Shown here one piece after another: positions 58,031-64,000 of a stretch of 64,000 nt of DNA (positions within the stretch are counted from its first letter, which is position 1; every line of letters begins with the position of its first letter). The DNA is from Takakia lepidozioides (taxonomy: Eukaryota; Plantae; Bryophyta), in contig CM060732.1 of NCBI GenBank assembly GCA_030704615.1, positions 14,694,001-14,758,000 on the forward strand. Direction: 5' to 3'. The translations under genes and the position numbers were made by a program. The notes beneath the pieces were generated by a model. It did no database searches. It had not been told where the DNA came from and saw only the letters and a program-made list of their open reading frames with translations.

Positions 58031-58299
58031 CTGCAACAATCGGAGCAACACTAAACGAGGTTTTCTAAAAAGACGCAATTCTAAATCCTTCCCCCGTTAA
58101 GTAGGTTTGAGTAGGTGTCAAAATAGTTCCTAAAAGCTAATTTTGTAGAATAAAATGATCCTGGAAGCCAGAGGAGGGCTTATGGGAGCATTCTGCAACG
58201 ACCTCACAAAAATCGCGGCAAAAAATACCCCCCACCCAACCAATGGCCTCCTTCTCCACGTGACTACGTGTCATGGAATAATGAAATGTCACGCACACA

Positions 58300-60270
58300 G
58301 AAGTTGTGTGGAGAGGAAGTGAGGGGAGAATAAGCCTCCCTTGGCTTATATCCCCTCCCCCCTCTCATTCCTCGAGCCACGTGCAGCGCGAATCTTCTAG
58401 AAGCGACCGCCAACTTGGCGGTCGCTCCATTTTCCGGAAATAAAATAAATAAGTGACCGCCAAAATAGGCGGTCGCTTCATTTTCAAAAAAATTAAAATA
58501 AATAAGCGACCGCCAACATAGGCGGTCGCTTCATTTTTAAAACATTTAAAATAAATAAGCGACTGCCAACATAGGCGGTCACTTCATTTTCAAAACATTT
58601 AAAATAAATAAGTGACAGCCAACATAGGCGGTCGCTTCATTTTCAAAAAAATTAAAATAAATAAGCGACCGCCAACATAGGCGGTCGCTTCATTTTCAAA
58701 AGATTTAAAATAAATAAGCGAATGCCAACATAGGCGGTCGCTTGATTTTCAAATAAAATAAAATAAAAGCGACCGCCAGTAATGGCGGTCGCTGCATTTC
58801 CAACAACATTTTAATAAAAGCGACCGCCAGTAGTAGCGGTCGCTAGATTTACAAAAAACAAAACAATTGTGGCGACCGCCCGTGATGGCGGTCGCTCGAT
58901 TTTCCTCCAAAATATAGAGAAGCGACCGCCTGTAATGACGGTCGCTTCATTTTCAAGAACATTTAAATTAAAGCGACCGTCAAAAATGGCGGTCGCTTCA
59001 TTTTCATTTTCAAAACAATTAAAATAAATGTGACCGCCACAAATGGCGGTCGCTCCATTTCCAACCAAATTTTAAAAAAAGCGACTGCCACTAATGGCGG
59101 TCGCTGCAATTACAAAAAACAACAATACCAGCGACCGCCCCTAATGGCGGTCGCTCCATTTTCCTCCAAGAAACAAAAAAGCGACCGCCAGTAACGGCCG
59201 TCGTTTCATTTCCAAAATAATTAAAATAAAAGCGACCGCCAGTAATGGCGGTCGCTGCATATTAAAAAATAACCATTACAGCGACCGCCAGAAATGGCAG
59301 TCGCTGCATTTTGTAAAAACAAAAACTGCCAGTAATGGAAGTGAGGGGAGAATGACTAGGGGCTTATATGCCCTCCCCCCCCCGCCTCATTCCTCGCTCC
59401 ACGTGCAGGGTAGACCTCGTAGAAGCGACCGCCACCATGGCGGTCGTTTTTTTCCATCTAAAAACAAAAAAAAACGACCGCCACAAATGGCGGTCGCTCC
59501 ATTTCGCCAATAAAAAGAAAAAAAACTGGCGGTCGCTGCATTTATAAAAACAAAAAAAAACTTCAAGCGACCGGAAGTGAGGGGAGAATGAGCCGGAGCT
59601 TATATGCCCCCCTCCCCCCGCCTCACTCCTCGCTCCATGCACAGGGCACACTTCGTAGAAACGACCGCCACCTTGGCGGTCGCTCCATTTCCAACCAAAT
59701 TTCATTAAAAGCGACCGCCACTAATGGCGGTCGCTGCAATTACAAAAAATAACAATACCGGCGACCGCCTCTAATGGCAGTCGCTCCATTTTGCTCCAAA
59801 AAAACAAAAGAGTGACTGCTAGTAACGGCGGTCGTTTCATTTAATAAAAGCGACCGCCAGTAATGGCGGTTGCTTCATTTCCAAAATAATTAAACTAAAA
59901 GCGACCGCCAGTAATGGCGGTCGCTTCATTTCCAAAATAATTAAACTAAAAGCGACCGCCTGTAATGGCGGTCGCTTTATTTCCAAAATAAATAAAATAA
60001 AAGCGACCGCCATGTATATCCCCCCCCTCATTCCTCGCTCCACACGCAGGACAGACCTCGTAGAAGCGACCGCCACCTTCGCTGTTGCTCCATTTTAAAA
60101 AATAAAAACGACTGCTAGTAATGGCGGTCGCCCCATTTCCAAAAATAAAAAAATAAAGACGACCGCCAGAAATGGCGGTCGGGGAGAATGACTCGGAGCT
60201 TATATGCCCCTCCCCCCTCGCTCCACGCGGAGGGCAGACCTCGTAGAAGCGACCGCCTTGGCGGTTACTC
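58300..60270. repeat. GCGACCGCC/GGCGGTCGC mini-hairpin array 3 with interspersed ~90-bp TATA-containing modules
   Basis: Dozens of palindromic units. Module gaggggagaa...gcttatat..ccctccccc..ctcattcctcgctccacg at ~58320, 59340, 59578 and 60181 (partial copy at ~60010). Confidence 0.92.
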
Positions 60271-61306
60271 CATTTAAATAAAAATGAATACACAGTTGGA
60301 AGCATGACACAATTGTTCTCCATTCCACAAGCAAATCACCGAACACAAACATGAGCAAGTGACAGTGCCTTTGGCCGACATTTTGGCTGGTATACACATG
60401 GGCAACATCTTTTATTTTCCAACACATACACAACAGCAATACAAATACTCATAGTGACAATGATCACATTGGTATTACTTCAGTACAGAAATATAAATAT
60501 GTCCACTAAAAAGTGCTGATGCATGCCTACAGCTGTTTTGCTTCAATTTCTTCTACTACTTCGACATCGGGACGAAAAAGATCTTAATCCTAATGCTCCG
60601 ATGGGTTGAAAATCCGGGTCACCCTCGATTTTACCACCGTTGCCATGATTAGTGCTGGAATCGTCCTCCTTATCCGACCTCATATGTCCAGGCCTTTGAA
60701 TCTGCAAGCGACCTCGAACCACATTTAGTTCTCTCTGAGGTCGACTCTCACTCCGGTCTTGAATACCATCCACGGTATCTGGCCTGTTTGTGGGCCGATC
60801 GCCTACAAAAGGTTGAACTGTTCTCTGTTGTTTATGGACTTGGAACGCAATCGAAGGTAGTCTTGAAGGAGGTACCGGAGGGGGGACTGCCCAAGATGGA
60901 CCGGCATTAGATGATCCGACATGTGAGGAATCAAGGGTCTGCTGCGCAATACGTCAGTTAAGGTGGAATTGTAGTGGCAGGTTGTCATCATCCAAGGCTT
61001 CAACTTCCGCCCAGTCCAATGCATCAGAATGATGCATGCGTGTGGAAAACAGATCAACCCTGTTGCTCCTTAATGTCCGTTGTGTTGATGGGAGCTGGAT
61101 CGGTTTTGGCATTGTGGTGGAGCTGGTCGTATCGGTGAGGCATGATCCCGTCCCATCGACTGTACAATGGGTTCGACACCATCGTTTGTATGAACAGGGT
61201 TACGTACGTCGATCGGTCCTGGCAGTACATCACCCTTAAGCTCCATTGGGGCACTACCGGTGGCTTCAGCGTGTAGTGGGGGACGAGGGTCGACCCCAAC
61301 TTCATT

Positions 61307-62370
61307 TTAAGGACTATGTTCTGGGGATGACACAATTGTAGCTTCACCTTCATCTGCGATACGCACTTCTTCAAGAAGGTCATCAAAGGTCGGCTGGATA
61401 TAAACATCATCCTCTGTGAATGTAAACGGGTCATACGCATTTTCGGGAGCATCATCGGATCCATCTTCACTATCGGAGGCAGATGATTCCCTCTGAGATG
61501 ATTCTCTCTGAGGCTCAGTATCGTCATTCATCGAATCAGCCTCAGAAGCAGAGTCTTCGAAATGCAAATTCCTCTCATACCATGCTGCAGCATCATCCGC
61601 TGCCCTCTCACGTAGCAGTCGACAATTGGTATGCACATACACTAATTTGTCAGCCCTCGCGGGATTCAACCTGTTGCGAATCTTGTTGTGAACAAATAAT
61701 TAACTCCAATCAGATCCAACCATTCATGTGACAACATATTGAGCTCTTTTGGATCCGACATATCATCAAAAGGGTCGCGGCGATCTGAGAAACATTGGTA
61801 CTCGGATATAGCTGTCTCTGCATGGTTCGGCGGAGCCAGTCGCATGAGCACTCGCACGAGGCCGGCTTTGGCATCAGTGTAGTCTCGGAGCATGGTATTG
61901 TCGATCAAGAATGGATTGAGCAAAGCTCCCGCATAATGCAAGTCCGTTCGAACCATCGAACGACGGTCGTAAGATGCATCCTCAGCACTGTCCGCAAGTT
62001 CAGGTTCCAAGGAGAAGGGAGGATGCCTCAAGGATTGGACGTGCTTCTCAAGATTTTGCATTAGTAACCATGCTTTGCCCATTACTGGTTGCTTCCCATC
62101 AAACTCCCGCAAAGACGATTAACACCGGCTCTACCATATAAACAAAGTTTTCACATTTCTTCCAAAAATCGCTGCGAATGTTATTTCGAACTTTTCGACT
62201 TTTGCCCAATGACGTGTCTGCGTTGGGCCTATTACTCTCATTTTGGAACTATTGTGTAGCGCGTAGGAAGAAGAGCCTGGAAACACGACCAAGATAGGGC
62301 ATTCTTTTTTAAAGATGGAGGCGGTGGTAGGACAGAGTGTAGAATGAGGATTAATGAGCAAAAGAGAAAA
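61307..62370 (-). pseudogene. hAT transposase C-terminal remnant
   Basis: REFDGKQPVMGK, DLHYAGALLNP and the dimerisation-domain tail RNRLNPARADKLVYVHTN. Frameshifted, internally deleted and 5'-truncated. Confidence 0.8.
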
Positions 62371-64000
62371 CATGTAGTGTACCGCTGAAGATCATGGTGT
62401 GGAAAAAGAAGTGGAATATTGGGGTATTTGGGTTTTCGGAAGCGAGAGGGAGTTGGTCATGACAAACTTGTATGCATCCGGGTAGGGCAAGATTTACTTG
62501 ACCACTGATGATGAAACCAGGGATAACACATTGTCTACTCAAGGTTGGGCCAGTGAGTTCAGGCTATGAGCTACCTACTGGGCTGACTACATCTCTTTGC
62601 AAAAGTCTCAAAACATCTTATCCTGCTCACCAAATCCTGGTCAACATTCTGAGATTAGTTAACTCGGCCCCTCAGAGCTGACCCGGGGTTATCAGCATGG
62701 TATACTGACCATTTGCATTGCAGAGATGTTTGGGCAAGCACATGGTGTATGCAAAATGAAATTAAGCTCTTTGATTTCATGTGTGTGCTCCTCTGTGCTT
62801 TTCTCTTCACTGCAATACAGGGTGCATGACAGTATCTTAGGTTTGAACTAAGGAACAATTTAAAGAACCCAATGGTCTAATGTTCCAAAGAACGAGTGCA
62901 CTTCAGTGTATGCAGTGCCTAAGGTAGCTTGACTCAAAGAAGATAAGCTAAATGCAAGTAGCATGTGTCCTACTGACGGACAGGCCAATATACCCTCGTA
63001 CGTACTGGGACAATATTCTTCAGAGAGACAGAAAAGACTCTGGCAGAAGCTAGTGTAAGTAAGAGCCCCTTCCACAGTTTCCAAAGGTTAAAGTGGCAGC
63101 CCCAACCAATTCCAGTGTCAACATCTCTCTCCATGTATCCAGTCTGTCAACTTTCAAGTAGCCTCTTCACAAGGACTTCCAAATATACAATCACTTCTGG
63201 AATGCTTACTCAGATGTTGTGATGCAAGAGAATCTGGAGCTGGCCTCTTCATCCTTAGCTGCACAACAATATACAGAACATCGGTTTTACGGAGTTATTG
63301 AACACATGACTCAAAGAGCTCACCAAAATGCGCTATTTGGAAGAAAAGAAAAAAGGTGGGGGGAGGGGGCTTAAGAGAGGAGACCAGGAGACTTATTCCA
63401 TTTACCATCCCAGGAATGGCAAATGTAGTGCAGACACCACACCTGCAACCTTTCAGCAAAAAACACTTACGGGAGCACCATACTCACTTTCTGTTCTGTC
63501 CGCTCATAGAACTGCCTCAGAAGAATGTTTGTGGCTTCTGTTGATATCACTGCACCCCACATGTACTGTCAATTACCACAAGCACTCTTATGTTCAGCAG
63601 AATTACAATCCTATTGCCAGTGTGTTTTCTGAGAATAACATCAGCTGCAGGCATTTGGCTTTCAAGTTGCCAATCCCCTGGCACCAGATTCACAACAGAA
63701 GACATCTCAAATCCAGGCTAAGACCCAACAGCTACCTAGGGGTAAAGGACCCAAAAACACTAAATTACCACAATGGAGATGAACATAGGGGAGAATGCTT
63801 TTGACAAGCCAGCAGGAAAACTATCAAAAGTCAAGTCAAGCTTGTTACATCCAGTGTTGTGTGCATGTGGGGGTGTCAGAGAGAGATTGACCATTTGTGA
63901 ACTTTGGCTATGACATACCCTTGCGGGCAGAGCCCCTGCGGGGTATTATTACCCGGCAGTCAGTCATGCAGCTTCAGCCACTGTGCATGTTGTAGAGCCT

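Noticed and set aside
58300-60270. CRISPR-like appearance of palindromic repeats with variable spacers (also 34836-35030 and 49485-50112)
   Set aside because: Spacers are low-complexity AT-rich and related to each other, repeats vary in the loop, no cas genes are present, and the context is eukaryotic.
62380-64000. Possible host exons or ORF 63328-63804
   Set aside because: No recognisable protein similarity or convincing exon chain; left unannotated.

Overview
Eukaryotic genomic DNA, most likely from a non-seed land plant or streptophyte (host inferred from the protein sequences, not certain). 1-19022 (minus strand) holds the 5' 16 exons of tubulin-folding cofactor D (TBCD/TITAN1). Its introns are packed with 5'-truncated RTE/RTEX-like LINE copies sitting in (GA)n microsatellites. 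19085-22700 is a ~96-bp hairpin repeat array plus orphan ORFs. 22742-34445 is a decayed Ty3/Gypsy retroelement with an unusual design: gag-PR-[DNMT3-like C5 cytosine methyltransferase]-RT-RNaseH-integrase-PHD finger, a self-priming PBS, split direct repeats (A...B-A-B) instead of two matching LTRs, and a 4-bp TSD. About 35037-49477 is an apparently intact Mutator-like element. It has a GCM/DDE/SWIM transposase, a ~37-copy 116-bp hairpin satellite and an intact multi-exon gene fusing a ParB/Srx-like domain to an N6A/N4C-type DNA methyltransferase fold. 49485-62370 contains palindromic GCGACCGCC arrays, a kinase pseudogene, a RING pseudogene and a hAT transposase remnant. The best candidates for an undescribed system are the two methyltransferase-carrying mobile elements and the split-repeat Gypsy architecture.
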